Shown here piece after piece: positions 28,540 to 39,226 of a stretch of DNA of 61,400 nucleotides; the first letter of the stretch is position 1; each line of letters opens with the position of its first letter. The DNA is taken from positions 1 through 61,400 of the IMG/VR virus record IMGVR_UViG_3300043414_000472. One strand, given 5' to 3'. The stretch comes from a virus. Lineage: Duplodnaviria; Caudoviricetes. Made by a program: the position numbers and the translations under genes. Under the pieces are notes generated by a model, which saw only the letters and a program-made list of their open reading frames with translations, was not told the DNA's origin and made no database searches.

Positions 28540-30695
28540 AATACCGCTACCTCAAAAACAACCGTGCTGTCGCCACGTCATCAACCGACGATTTATCCGT
28601 ACTCAATTACAAGTGCCCGACCTTCGCCAACAAAGCGGAGTATCGGGAGTGGTGTGCGAAGGATACTACTAACCATTGCTTCTATTCGATGTCGGAGGGT
28701 GATGCGCCTTCCGCTCGCGTTAGCACTGACAATCCTGTTAATAAGCTACACGGCTTTGTAGCAGACTTCGACGACGTTCCTGTAGATTGGGACAACGTAG
28801 ATCAGATCCTGAAGACTCGCTGTGACGGTACACCAATGCCAACATGGAGGTCGAAGACTTATTCTGGCTTCATCCGATTGGTGTGGGAGTTTGATGCGCC
28901 GTTGCCTATCGCCGCCGATCTTGCACCTGCTTTCCTCAAGCGGTTATGTGATGCCCTCAAAGCCTCAATGCTCTTAGGAGGATTTGACAAGACCAGCCTC
29001 AAGCCTTCTCAGTACTTTGAGATAGGCACGAACTGGACTAAGATCGGAGATACTATTCCGATTAGCTTTGCTCGTACTATCCTGCTCAAGTCAGCAAACG
29101 ATACGCCGATCAAGACTTCGGATACTAACGTGCCGCTCGACGAGATTGCTGCTGAAGTACTGCGGCGTTTTCCAAATCGCTGGAAAGGCGAGTTTGTAAT
29201 CGGAGCAAGAGGTCCGCTGTTCTGGATCGACGACGGCATTGATCGTGACGGTTGTCAGGTACGAGAGGACGGCATGATCTGTTACTCTGATCGTGCAGGT
29301 AAAGGGTTTGCGTCATGGCGTGAGATCTTAGGTAAGCAGTTTCTCGATCAGTTTGAGGAGAAGAAGTTGTCCAACCTCATTGACCAGTATTGGTTTAATG
29401 GCAAAAGCTATTACAAGATTTTGGGTGGCGGACCTGTAGCGATACCAAAGGATCAGCTTATTCTGGAACTTCGTAAGGTTGGTTTTAGTCCTAAGCCTAA
29501 GAAGAACCAGCCAATCTCTGAGATTGAGCAAGCAATCCTGTCGATCTCAAACGACTGCCGTGTAGAAGAAGTCGCGCCTGTTGTGTTCTCTAAGGATCGT
29601 GTCGTAACCTTCAACGGACGCAAGATCCTCAATAACTGTCGGGCAACGCCTATCCAACCTGCTGACAATGGAGATCCTGCAAACTGGCCTTGGATTCATC
29701 AGTTCGTTATCCCATTCTTTGCGGACGACGAGAAAGGCAATTCGACGCTGCCATACTTCCTTGCATGGTATCAACGTCTGTACGCAGCAATCCTGAACCA
29801 TCGACTGGATCAAGGGCAACTGTTCATTCTCTTAGGCCCAACAGGTCACGGTAAGACGCTACTGACAAACAAGATTATTGGCGCATCCGTTGGTGGCTTT
29901 AGTGACGCTTCGGACTACCTATCAGGCAAGACGAACTTTAACCGCGATCTCTGTGGCTCTGCCGCATGGGTTATCGACGACCAAACGGCTGCGGCAACCT
30001 ATGCCGATCAGCGCAAGTTTGTTGAACTCACGAAGCGTTGCGTTGCTAATCCACGGCTTGAGTATCATGCAAAGTATGCTGATGCTATTCCATTGCCGTG
30101 GTCTGGCAGAGTGATGATGTCCTTGAATCTCGATGCGAACTCCCTTGCGGCATTGCCATCTTTGGATAGTAGTAACCGAGACAAGATTATTGCACTTCGT
30201 ATCAATGGAGGGCACAAGGTAAAGTTCGGATCAAACGAGTTTGTCGAAAACACTATTGCCACTGAATTGCCATTCTTCCTAAGGTGGCTACTGGATTGGC
30301 AAGCACCGTTAGAGGTAAAGGATTCCAGTCGGTTCGGCGTGAAGACATACATCGACTCCTTTATCGAAGCTGCTGCATACGATAATAGCTCGCGTTCAGC
30401 AATTGCTGAAATGGTGGAATTCTTTGCGAAGAAGGTGCGCGAGTACACTGACAAGCCAAAGTGGAGAGGCACGCTCACTGAGTTTACCGTTGTGCTCCAT
30501 GATGCAAACGGCGGTCGCAGTGTCGGCAACAGCAACAACCTTGAGTTCGTCCGTCGCGGCATGACCGTATTGGAAGAAGTCAGCAAGCACAACAAGACCA
30601 TCCGTCCTGTACGAAGCAGAGGCGATGGTGGGGGTAAGGTCTGGGAGATCGACTTGTCCCAAGACTTCGACATCGACAAAGGGGAAGACTTTTAA
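28536..30695 (+). CDS. Primase-helicase (primpol-like N-terminus, SF3/DUF5906-like C-terminus)
   Basis: FVADFDD; GPTGHGKT Walker A; FN......WVIDD; SLN. Confidence 0.8.
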   Translation: MKYRYLKNNRAVATSSTDDLSVLNYKCPTFANKAEYREWCAKDTTNHCFYSMSEGDAPSARVSTDNPVNKLHGFVADFDDVPVDWDNVDQILKTRCDGTPMPTWRSKTYSGFIRLVWEFDAPLPIAADLAPAFLKRLCDALKASMLLGGFDKTSLKPSQYFEIGTNWTKIGDTIPISFARTILLKSANDTPIKTSDTNVPLDEIAAEVLRRFPNRWKGEFVIGARGPLFWIDDGIDRDGCQVREDGMICYSDRAGKGFASWREILGKQFLDQFEEKKLSNLIDQYWFNGKSYYKILGGGPVAIPKDQLILELRKVGFSPKPKKNQPISEIEQAILSISNDCRVEEVAPVVFSKDRVVTFNGRKILNNCRATPIQPADNGDPANWPWIHQFVIPFFADDEKGNSTLPYFLAWYQRLYAAILNHRLDQGQLFILLGPTGHGKTLLTNKIIGASVGGFSDASDYLSGKTNFNRDLCGSAAWVIDDQTAAATYADQRKFVELTKRCVANPRLEYHAKYADAIPLPWSGRVMMSLNLDANSLAALPSLDSSNRDKIIALRINGGHKVKFGSNEFVENTIATELPFFLRWLLDWQAPLEVKDSSRFGVKTYIDSFIEAAAYDNSSRSAIAEMVEFFAKKVREYTDKPKWRGTLTEFTVVLHDANGGRSVGNSNNLEFVRRGMTVLEEVSKHNKTIRPVRSRGDGGGKVWEIDLSQDFDIDKGEDF

Positions 30696-31219
30696 ACCCC
30701 CAATCGCTTCTTTGTCATCTTAACCGTTGGCGCATGAAGCTCTGAGATAGGCAACGTGAACTCGTCGGCAAAGGAAAGTTTTCCATCGTTCGGGTCCACG
30801 TTGCCTTTTGGCAGAAAGAGGGCACGCTCAATGAACTCACGAGCAGGCAACCAGCCGACAATCGTCGCTAAGGTCAACTGTTGGTTGCACCTAACAAAAT
30901 AGTAAACATTACATTTGCTACACAGCTTTTCCTTGTCATCCTCACTACCGTACACACGAGCGACATAATGGGGTTGAGGGACGGATGCAGCCTTTGTAGT
31001 CTTGACATCGACGGTAACACCGTTTGGAAGGATAAGATCGTACGCAAAGCAAGTTGCACCGACGCGATCACCTCCGATCAGTTCTTGAACGAGAACTTCG
31101 CCCATCATACCGATCTCATTACCTCTGCCTCGCGTGAAAGAATTACGCAAGACACCCATCTGTTTTGAATCAGAGCGTGCAACTTTACGTTGCTCGTCTG
31201 AAGGCTTAACGATTTTCAT
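30692..31219 (-). CDS. PD-(D/E)xK-fold nuclease-like protein
   Basis: GMMGE...YDL......VDVKT. Confidence 0.65.
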   Translation of the reverse strand: MKIVKPSDEQRKVARSDSKQMGVLRNSFTRGRGNEIGMMGEVLVQELIGGDRVGATCFAYDLILPNGVTVDVKTTKAASVPQPHYVARVYGSEDDKEKLCSKCNVYYFVRCNQQLTLATIVGWLPAREFIERALFLPKGNVDPNDGKLSFADEFTLPISELHAPTVKMTKKRLGV

Positions 31220-32169
31220 TAGTAGATTTGGAACATACGACTCTGCATACCTGTTCCGTATGGGTCGATGTTTAGGCGAGGAACTGCTGCTCCTCTACTG
31301 GAATTAGCTTCTTCTTCCATAAGGAGCATACACTGATTCCAATGATACTGTGCGCGTTCGATATCGGCATTATCCTCCATCAAGTGACCGCAGAGACCTT
31401 GTTTAATTGCACCAATATTGCCAACATATACGATGTCAGTATCATTTTGTAGCAATTGAAACTTACGCTTACATAGAACGTGCACTACAGTCTTACCGTC
31501 TACCGATCCGTTAATGCGGAATCGACGATAGCGAGTTACGCCGCCATCAGGACCAACGGTTGCAATTGTGGTTTCCCGATCTGCTACATCAGTACGAATA
31601 TCAAAAGCACCAGAAAATCCTTCAAAATGAATACTTACAATACTTGTAATTGGAGTATCAAAGTGAATGGCATATACTCCAGAAGTAACTTCTTGTAAAA
31701 CACCAGTATAAAATTGGTCTCCATCACAACCAACAACAACAATAGTATTACCGTTATCAGGAGAAAAAGAATGAGGAACACTAGAATCAGCGGCTGAAGT
31801 AATGTACAAATAATTTGTTTCTTCAGTAAGAAGTCTCTTAGTTGGTGTATAACCAGCATCAATCAGACCCCATTGGATCGTTGGATTAACTGATAAGTTA
31901 CCAATGCCAATTGACTTAAAGTCGTGCCACAAAGAACGAACAGGAACGGGAAATCCGTCAACCATTGTGTGCAATATAGAGTCGGCATCATCTGGAAGCG
32001 TAATGCAGCCATCAACAACAGGTAGGCTATACTGCACAGTGAGATCACGGTAGATCCCCATGTTGTAAATACGTGCCAGTACCTGATTGAGGCTTAACCT
32101 AAAATCAGCTTCAGGCTCGACGTATTTATCGAGCATTGGTGCAAGTTGATTTAAGGTGTAAGCAGGCAT
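31219..32169 (-). CDS. Probable head-tail adaptor / tail tubular protein A-like
   Basis: Helical termini around a beta-rich core; last structural gene of the operon. Confidence 0.5.
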   Translation of the reverse strand: MPAYTLNQLAPMLDKYVEPEADFRLSLNQVLARIYNMGIYRDLTVQYSLPVVDGCITLPDDADSILHTMVDGFPVPVRSLWHDFKSIGIGNLSVNPTIQWGLIDAGYTPTKRLLTEETNYLYITSAADSSVPHSFSPDNGNTIVVVGCDGDQFYTGVLQEVTSGVYAIHFDTPITSIVSIHFEGFSGAFDIRTDVADRETTIATVGPDGGVTRYRRFRINGSVDGKTVVHVLCKRKFQLLQNDTDIVYVGNIGAIKQGLCGHLMEDNADIERAQYHWNQCMLLMEEEANSSRGAAVPRLNIDPYGTGMQSRMFQIY

Positions 32170-32172
32170 AAG

Positions 32173-32307
32173 TTATTTCTTTGCAACTTTAACGGCACCA
32201 GTATGCAACTCCTTTTTTAGTTTCCCTTGTTGTTTATCCGAAAGAGGCGAAACTTTTGAAAGGAGGTAGGCAACTTGCTTTTTTGATTTAACTGTCGGAG
32301 CAGGCAT
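32173..32307 (-). CDS. Small basic protein, 44 aa (MPAPTVKSKKQVAYLLSKVSPLS...)
   Basis: Preceded by a leaderless promoter. Confidence 0.6.
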   Translation of the reverse strand: MPAPTVKSKKQVAYLLSKVSPLSDKQQGKLKKELHTGAVKVAKK

Positions 32308-32313
32308 AGGGAG

Positions 32314-32342
32314 AGATTATTGGATTAGTTGGATAAAGTCAA
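32314..32342 (-). promoter_or_regulatory. Sigma70-like leaderless promoter
   Basis: TTGACT-17-TAATCT-6-ATG. Confidence 0.65.
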
Positions 32343-32357
32343 GTCAATAAAAGGTCT

Positions 32358-32978
32358 CTAAGCTACGGGGTATTGAGTCTCTAAAATTGTAAATACCTCA
32401 GTGCTTCCCTCCCAGTTAGCCTCTGCGTATTTACTATTTACTCGTACTGTAATCTGGTTCATAGATACCGACAGACTTGAGTGTGGGAAAGTGTAATCGA
32501 AGTATGCGTAGAACTCATCTTCATACATGAAAAAGTAAAGGCCTAAAAATGTGGCGAGGGCACTACGTAAGTCACCATCAGCATAATCTTCAAAACTTGA
32601 GTAGGTAACGTCTATAGACCATCCGAATAGAGTTTCAAAATATCTGTCCTCAATAGGTATGTAAATACAGCTAACTCTAGGGCGTATCATGCCGTCGTCA
32701 ATCTCTATAGCACCAACGTCTTTTTGAGTGAGCGATGTAGTAGCTGTACCTGCAGCAATCAATATGCCCCCCTCAGGATCGCCTTGAAACTGTTGTGCAT
32801 TTGAAATAGACAGCTTTTTTACATTGTATAGCCAGTTCCCAGCTATTTGTGGCGTGATCTTAACAATAGCTGGACCAGCTAAATACTCTTCAAAGGTGTT
32901 ACTCCCATATCCAAAATTGTAAAATGGTGCTGTTGAATACCCGTTCCCTTTCGGAGCCATTAAACAAATATCAGACAT
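32358..32978 (-). CDS. Hypothetical protein, probably tail-associated
   Basis: Aromatic-rich beta protein in the tail operon. Confidence 0.55.
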   Translation of the reverse strand: MSDICLMAPKGNGYSTAPFYNFGYGSNTFEEYLAGPAIVKITPQIAGNWLYNVKKLSISNAQQFQGDPEGGILIAAGTATTSLTQKDVGAIEIDDGMIRPRVSCIYIPIEDRYFETLFGWSIDVTYSSFEDYADGDLRSALATFLGLYFFMYEDEFYAYFDYTFPHSSLSVSMNQITVRVNSKYAEANWEGSTEVFTILETQYPVA

Positions 32979-32979
32979 A

Positions 32980-33432
32980 TCATACTAATGGGGTAAAACC
33001 AATAGAAGCCTTTAACGTAATAGTTCCAACCTCACCGTCTTTCCAACAATAAAACTCAATAGGTTGACTCTTATCACTACCTGCACCACCTTTTTTTCCA
33101 GAACCATTTATGAGACTAGTTGGAGTATCATCAGTTCTAGTCGTCGTTACTTCTTGTTGTACTGCATTAGGGGTTTGGTTTCTAGGTAGACCTGCGACAG
33201 TCTCCTTGATGAAGTCTGCCATATCTTTGTCCGCCTCCTGTTTAACAGTAATAGCAGTACGAATTTCACGCGTAGAGAGACCGTCGGTCTTGATACCCAT
33301 CGCAGCAGCCTGCATCTGAGTCTCCATGCGCTTAGTAACAGTACCCTTTAATGGAGTACCATTACCGCTATAGCCCTTTAACGGCTCACCATTACCACTA
33401 TACGCATTTCTTTGGATATAAGGGTCATCCAT
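32980..33432 (-). CDS. Hypothetical virion protein
   Basis: YSGNGxPLKG tandem duplication; tail operon. Confidence 0.55.
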   Translation of the reverse strand: MDDPYIQRNAYSGNGEPLKGYSGNGTPLKGTVTKRMETQMQAAAMGIKTDGLSTREIRTAITVKQEADKDMADFIKETVAGLPRNQTPNAVQQEVTTTRTDDTPTSLINGSGKKGGAGSDKSQPIEFYCWKDGEVGTITLKASIGFTPLV

Positions 33433-33433
33433 A

Positions 33434-35317
33434 TTATTGAAGATTTACAGCGTCAAGGATTACAGCAGAGCATTTGGCCCATCCCCACTTATATGGCTCA
33501 ACCGAGGCACGCATAATATACTTGCCTGTCTTAGGTATTTCACTTGGGATAGTAGCTTGCAATACACTCGGACTTACTGCTGCTTTAACAGTTTTTTGAA
33601 CAGTTGAACTTATATTTAATGATGGGAAGTTACTACCAATCCAGTTAGCTATAGCAGTAGCTGATACGGTATCTTCTCTACTACTATCTGTTATTACAAT
33701 ATCTTTGTGGATTGTTGGTGGAATATTAACTGAACTTAAACTTAGACTTAAATCATAGTTTTTAGTAACTGTCTGACCTAACTCCGCAGATTGAGCGGCT
33801 GGCGTAACACCTCTCGATGCGTTTCCTGAAGCTGCTGCTACTACATTTGCCCTCCCTCCTTGGGCAATCATCGTATGGGATACAGGCTTAAAGACAGGCC
33901 AGTTTTGTGTAGTTGATCCTACAATCTCATTGACACGTGCTCGTAATGCAGTCTCGGATACAGAACCATTTGATGTCTGAATAAAGAATGCGTATACAGT
34001 AACTGGAATATCAGAACCCCAAGGCTGCTCGATATCAATCACTAGTTCTGGCTTAATTGTAAGTGAGCTTTGGCATTGGTCACCTTCTGATCCTGATAGG
34101 CTATAGGATGTACCACTAGCATAACCATTCCATTCACCATCTGAAGAGCCTTCTCCTTTGTCTGTACTCCAGACTACCGATACATTTTTAAGTACCCTCG
34201 GCAACTGGATATCCATCCTACTAGGAAAGGATAGTAAGTAGTTCGATAGAGCTGTAGTTGGAGTAGTCTCTACAGTACGTAGTGTACGATCCTTATTAAC
34301 CGCACGATAAGAAGTATTAGCTGCTGTCTCATCAACATCACTAGGAGAGATAAATTGCTCAGTAGATTTAACTTGAGCATTGATTGTTGGGTCCCATTGA
34401 GTCGATACTAATTCAGGCCAAGCATCAACTTTAACAGTCTCACGCACAAAATCGCCATTACCTAATGGGGTAACAATAGATTGGGCAATAAGTAATCCAG
34501 TCTCAGCTTCAAGCTCTTCCGTTGAAAAAGTCTCAACGGTATTTGCTTCTGTTGTTTCAACATAACTACGAGTACCGTTAAGCGTTATAGTAGAGGTTGG
34601 ATTATTCTGAGTAACAGTTTTTACTAACTTAACATCTGGATTAAGTTGATCCTGAGATGCTAGAAGCTGACCACTCTCTAGTATTGGAGTTTCTGCAAGA
34701 CCTTCTTCAAGACCTTCAATAGTGGTACGAGTGAGTGATGCCCTAAACTTGTCAGGTACAAGATCAGGTACTTGAGCCGTATATGAAATCTTGTAGTCAA
34801 GAAATGCACGTTCAACGTACGTGCGAACTTCAGCAACATAAAGTGAATCAAGTTCAGGTTGATCTATCTTTTTTTGCTGCTTATCAAAAAATACGTATTC
34901 AGCATTATCAAATGTACCTTCAGGCACATTAGGCATCGGTGCAGCAAAAGCTGGATACATGGGATCGAAGTCGTCCCTAAGCGTAACGTACTCACGCAAT
35001 ACAACACGAAACTCACGACCACCGACATTACCGATTACGTTACGATAGCCAGATGAAAAGTTGTAGAGATCTTGGTTCTCACGATCTGCAGCGTAAAAGA
35101 ACTGGAAGATCTGATTGCGCTCGATGTCAACGGGCTTGATGAAAATCAGTTTATGGAAAGGCCATTTATCTTTATTAGGATGCGGCGTGCCATATAAAGG
35201 AAAGTCGTGTAGGTTACAGTCACGAATCTCGCTGAACAATACATCCGTGACAAGCGGCGTAGGGAATGTCCTACGGTCCTGCCTCCACGGGGCTTGCGGC
35301 ATTTGGGATACTGGCAT
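33434..35317 (-). CDS. Probable tail structural protein, 627 aa
   Basis: Thr/Ser/Val-rich beta protein in the tail operon. Confidence 0.55.
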   Translation of the reverse strand: MPVSQMPQAPWRQDRRTFPTPLVTDVLFSEIRDCNLHDFPLYGTPHPNKDKWPFHKLIFIKPVDIERNQIFQFFYAADRENQDLYNFSSGYRNVIGNVGGREFRVVLREYVTLRDDFDPMYPAFAAPMPNVPEGTFDNAEYVFFDKQQKKIDQPELDSLYVAEVRTYVERAFLDYKISYTAQVPDLVPDKFRASLTRTTIEGLEEGLAETPILESGQLLASQDQLNPDVKLVKTVTQNNPTSTITLNGTRSYVETTEANTVETFSTEELEAETGLLIAQSIVTPLGNGDFVRETVKVDAWPELVSTQWDPTINAQVKSTEQFISPSDVDETAANTSYRAVNKDRTLRTVETTPTTALSNYLLSFPSRMDIQLPRVLKNVSVVWSTDKGEGSSDGEWNGYASGTSYSLSGSEGDQCQSSLTIKPELVIDIEQPWGSDIPVTVYAFFIQTSNGSVSETALRARVNEIVGSTTQNWPVFKPVSHTMIAQGGRANVVAAASGNASRGVTPAAQSAELGQTVTKNYDLSLSLSSVNIPPTIHKDIVITDSSREDTVSATAIANWIGSNFPSLNISSTVQKTVKAAVSPSVLQATIPSEIPKTGKYIMRASVEPYKWGWAKCSAVILDAVNLQ

Positions 35318-35319
35318 GA

Positions 35320-36933
35320 TTAAAGGAATGCAATATAAGAGAATAGTTTCCCATTCATTGATGCTCCTGCATCACAATAAGGTACAAAAGTTCCTGTATT
35401 ACATACAACAGAATAAGATTTTGAAAGCGGACTAGTAGTATTACGTTCTTGTATGATTACATTTGCACTTGAAGTTAAACCAGTAACCGTTTGTGTTGGT
35501 CCTGCAGTTACATTGCCAGACCATGTAAACTGACCCACTACAATATTATCAATCAATACGGGAGAATGAACATAAATAATTCCAGTAGAAGAATTATTTG
35601 TAACTACAACAGCTACGCGTGCTGCAGTATTAGGGTATGCTGGCATTGTTGAAGTCAACGCTCCACTAGTTCCCAAATATAAAGGAGTACCTACCCCGCC
35701 ATATGTTGATGTATTTATGTCCCTAACTAAACCTTGTGTAGTTATATAGCCATCTCCTCCTATAGCAATATCTTGTGTTGCAATACCCAATACTTTCTTA
35801 CCAGTAATATCTGCGTTAGTAGCTCTTTTAACTGATGGTTTAACACCATCAGCACCAAAAATATAAACAGCACTGCCGTTTGGTATTTGCACAGAGTCTT
35901 CATTGTGAACATAAAGGTTGCACTCTTGACCCATCTGTAGCGTAACGTCACCTGCAAGTTTAAGGTCTAAAGTTTTATCCACCGAATTCCACCTTATTTC
36001 TCCAGTAGTAAGAGCGTCTGTAGTTAAACCTGTTGTGGCAAAAGATAATGTGTCAACAGTAGGACCACCAGTACCACCATTAGCAATAGGTAAGTAGCCT
36101 GTAACATCATTGGCTAAGTCAATCTTGCTCCATGTTGGTGTGGAACCGCTACCTGATGCATGGAGAACAGTCGTAGCATCGGAACCTTTTGTGAGTTTTG
36201 CTAATGAGGCGGAGCCTGTTGCATATAGCAAGTCACCTGCTGCATAGCTATTCAAACCTGTACCACCATTAACTGCAGGCAATGTTCCTGTAGGTGACGA
36301 TACATTTACTGATGTTCCTGAATAGGTAACCCCACTAATAGTGCCTCCTGTAATTGCTACATCACTCGCTGCTTGGGTTGACATTGTGCCTAAGCCCAAT
36401 GTTGACTGCATCGATGCTTGTGAGATATTAGCAAGCAGGGTAAAAGCTAAAGTAGAACAATCTTTTTCTGCTAAGTTAGCTGTCGATCCAGTCGAGTTAC
36501 CTAAGATCTTATTAGCACCAACTTGTTGGATCTTTCCTACAGTTACGTTATTGTCGGCAATCTTTAAGGTAGTGACATTAGCGTTAAGGATCTTTGCTGT
36601 GGTAACAGCGTCAGCAGCAATATCACCAGCAACGATTGTGCCGTCTACGATATTGGACGAAGTAACTGTTCCTGTAGCAATGTCAGTACCAGTAATCGTT
36701 CCATCTAAGATATTAGATGAAGCGATTGTACCTGAAGCAATGTCAGTTCCAGTAATTGTGCCGTTGGCAATCTTAGCAGAAGTGATCGCGCTATCAGCAA
36801 TCTTAGCAGTCGTAACACCAGTACCTGCAATCGCAACATTATAGTCTGCAATCTTAACTGTAGTCACGGAACCATCAGCAGGCGTGCTAACGCCAACATC
36901 TGAGATAGTAAGGGTATAAGTATCGGAGACCAT
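35320..36933 (-). CDS. Tail fibre protein
   Basis: VTTAKIAD-type 10-aa repeats, GxLPxxNGGTG repeats, C-terminal beta domain. Confidence 0.75.
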   Translation of the reverse strand: MVSDTYTLTISDVGVSTPADGSVTTVKIADYNVAIAGTGVTTAKIADSAITSAKIANGTITGTDIASGTIASSNILDGTITGTDIATGTVTSSNIVDGTIVAGDIAADAVTTAKILNANVTTLKIADNNVTVGKIQQVGANKILGNSTGSTANLAEKDCSTLAFTLLANISQASMQSTLGLGTMSTQAASDVAITGGTISGVTYSGTSVNVSSPTGTLPAVNGGTGLNSYAAGDLLYATGSASLAKLTKGSDATTVLHASGSGSTPTWSKIDLANDVTGYLPIANGGTGGPTVDTLSFATTGLTTDALTTGEIRWNSVDKTLDLKLAGDVTLQMGQECNLYVHNEDSVQIPNGSAVYIFGADGVKPSVKRATNADITGKKVLGIATQDIAIGGDGYITTQGLVRDINTSTYGGVGTPLYLGTSGALTSTMPAYPNTAARVAVVVTNNSSTGIIYVHSPVLIDNIVVGQFTWSGNVTAGPTQTVTGLTSSANVIIQERNTTSPLSKSYSVVCNTGTFVPYCDAGASMNGKLFSYIAFL

Positions 36934-36938
36934 AATGA

Positions 36939-37298
36939 TTAAGCGTCGTTAGTAGTTTGTGCGCGAGCAGTAAGTGAACCGTAGAGGAGTCTAGTGCGTA
37001 CTGTAGGAGATCCACGATCCATAAAGAGATCCCATTCGTAGATTCCCTCTCCTGCTTTCAGCGTTTTAGTTTGGGCTTTGGTAATTGTAATCTGTACTTG
37101 TCCATTAGTCGCAGTACCTAATACAGTAGGCGTAAGGTCAAGTACTTCTTTCTTTGTCAAAACTTCACGGACATCAGCAATAAAGGTAGCAGTGGGCGAC
37201 CCCAAATCAACAGCAGTGCCAGCCTGATTGTTGATTGTAAGCACGAAGCTGTAATCCGCTGCGCGATCTAAGGTAATGTCGTAATTGGCTGCAAGCAT
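36939..37298 (-). CDS. Fibre-attachment / BppU-like small virion protein
   Basis: YDITL...DYSF...ADVRE...YEWDLF...RLLYG; paralog of 39732-40070. Confidence 0.6.
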   Translation of the reverse strand: MLAANYDITLDRAADYSFVLTINNQAGTAVDLGSPTATFIADVREVLTKKEVLDLTPTVLGTATNGQVQITITKAQTKTLKAGEGIYEWDLFMDRGSPTVRTRLLYGSLTARAQTTNDA

Positions 37299-37310
37299 TG
37301 GCGTAAAGGT

Positions 37311-37640
37311 TTAGGCCCAAAATACGTTTGGCACGTTTGGATCGTCAGTAGGACGTGGCACGGGAACATCGTTGCCGTCTTCATCGTGTACCATAAAGTC
37401 GGATGACCAATAAATGAACTGTTCGCCGCCTTTAGGAACAGGAATCCCGACTAAGTCGCGGAACAAGACCCAATAGTTTTTGTCTTTGTTATGCTTTCCA
37501 ATTTCGCACAAGGCGTGAGCATGGGATGCAAGAGACGATACCACTAAGCCAGATTCTTCGTCGAGATGCGCGAATCCATTGGCAATGCCGAACTGTTCAG
37601 CAACTGCTTTTGATGGGAATTTTAAGAGGTAATCAATCAT
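37311..37640 (-). CDS. Fibre-associated protein (MIDYLLKF...P..WA)
   Basis: Typical partner downstream of FTRAS-type fibre genes. Confidence 0.55.
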   Translation of the reverse strand: MIDYLLKFPSKAVAEQFGIANGFAHLDEESGLVVSSLASHAHALCEIGKHNKDKNYWVLFRDLVGIPVPKGGEQFIYWSSDFMVHDEDGNDVPVPRPTDDPNVPNVFWA

Positions 37641-39226
37641 GGTGTTGTTAATGCTTGAAGTTTTGCATCAGACATTGCTTTTTTATAAACCTTTACTGAT
37701 TTCAAACAACCATTGATCGTTGCTCCATTCCACGCCCTTCCAATGTTGAATGTGCTTATTCCAACTGGCATTGCTCCTGATGTATCAATAGTTCCCTTTG
37801 TCCCATTCATTGAAATCTGGAAAGCATTAAGTTTATTGGATGATGCCGCTTTGAAGAAAACTCCTAAAGTCAACGGTCTAGTTGGAGATGCTGAAGTTGT
37901 TCCGCCAGAAACTACAAATGCGTTTATTGTGTTTGGTGATGGGAATGCAGCTAATGCAAGTTGATTACTAGCAGATGCGTTATCAAATGAAATTACAGAG
38001 TTGAAATTTGAAGCACTTCCAACCAGTGCTTCTGAAAATATCGTTGATTCAGTTGCATTATAAAATGTTGAAACTCCAGTAATGCTGCAAACGTCAGCAG
38101 ATCTGGTAAGTGATGTAGTTGTTGTAGGAATATAACTAGTGGCGAATGCTCCCTGCTCAACTTGTGCGCCCCAAAGGTAGATTGACTTTGGTGAAGATAA
38201 AACAGTATATGCTTCAGTTCTTACTGCTCCAGAAGTTGTGGAGAATCCTAATTGGAATCCACTTGCTGCTGGACTTGCTAAACTTGTAGCAGTAGCAGTA
38301 ATCCGATACCATCCATTTGGGTAAGCAGTAATTGATGATGCAGTAATTCCTGCACCGCCAGTCTTAACTTGTCCCAAAAGAATATCGTAATTCATGTAAG
38401 CCGTAGATCCAAATCCAGCAATCCAAAAAGCTAACTGAACATATCTAATTTGATTTGATACTGGTCTCTTTACCCATACACTCATTGTGTATGATGTATT
38501 TGCTGTTGGAGTAAATACACCAGTTGTCTCATGTATATGTCGAGATATGGAAGCACCTATAATTTCAGTAAGCGAACTAAATGTAGGTATAAAAGAATCT
38601 GCTGGGTTTGTGGTTACAGAATCAACTGCTGTTACATTACTTACTGTAGATTCCCAATAACCATTAGTAAAATTATTATAACTATACTTTGTTTGATTAG
38701 TCCTAGATTCTTCAATTAGCAATCCTTTGCTGGTAAGGTCAGAAAAATCATAATCAAATCTTGGCTCATTCGTTGCTGCTCTTAAAAGTTTATATGGTGT
38801 TCCATTAGTTATAACCACACCAGTTCCACTCCAATCGGCTAAATCTGGTCTCCATGCTTGCGAAGTAGGTGCGGATGTAGCCACTAAATTTCCACTTTGT
38901 TTCAATGCCCATGCAGTTCCAGTATAGGAAATTATAGTAAATAATGAATCAGTCCATTGCCATCTACTATTAACAACTCCTGTTGCGACATCTTGATTTA
39001 AGGCAATAGAATAATCATTTCCCAAGTAAGAATAACTAACAATAATATCAGAAGGTGCAAAATATGTCACTCCTCCTGTATCTCCACTTGCCCGAGTGAA
39101 AACTGGAGTTGGGCCTTTGCGCGCAGTGAGCGTTTTGTCAGCAGCAAAATTAAGATCCAACGATAATCCATCTGGATTTGATGGGCCGCCGCCGTTAACA
39201 AGATTATTTCCTAAGCCTAAGCGCAT
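37637..39226 (-). CDS. Head/tail spike-fibre protein with carbohydrate-binding and LamG-like domains
   Basis: LDLNF...FTRAS...NEPRFDY...GLLIEESRTN...GWYRI...WGAQVEQG.FATSYIPT...TRSAD. Confidence 0.75.
   Translation of the reverse strand: MRLGLGNNLVNGGGPSNPDGLSLDLNFAADKTLTARKGPTPVFTRASGDTGGVTYFAPSDIIVSYSYLGNDYSIALNQDVATGVVNSRWQWTDSLFTIISYTGTAWALKQSGNLVATSAPTSQAWRPDLADWSGTGVVITNGTPYKLLRAATNEPRFDYDFSDLTSKGLLIEESRTNQTKYSYNNFTNGYWESTVSNVTAVDSVTTNPADSFIPTFSSLTEIIGASISRHIHETTGVFTPTANTSYTMSVWVKRPVSNQIRYVQLAFWIAGFGSTAYMNYDILLGQVKTGGAGITASSITAYPNGWYRITATATSLASPAASGFQLGFSTTSGAVRTEAYTVLSSPKSIYLWGAQVEQGAFATSYIPTTTTSLTRSADVCSITGVSTFYNATESTIFSEALVGSASNFNSVISFDNASASNQLALAAFPSPNTINAFVVSGGTTSASPTRPLTLGVFFKAASSNKLNAFQISMNGTKGTIDTSGAMPVGISTFNIGRAWNGATINGCLKSVKVYKKAMSDAKLQALTTP

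Noticed and set aside
35320-39226. Diversity-generating retroelement or invertible fibre cassette
   Set aside because: No reverse transcriptase, invertase or TR/VR pair seen
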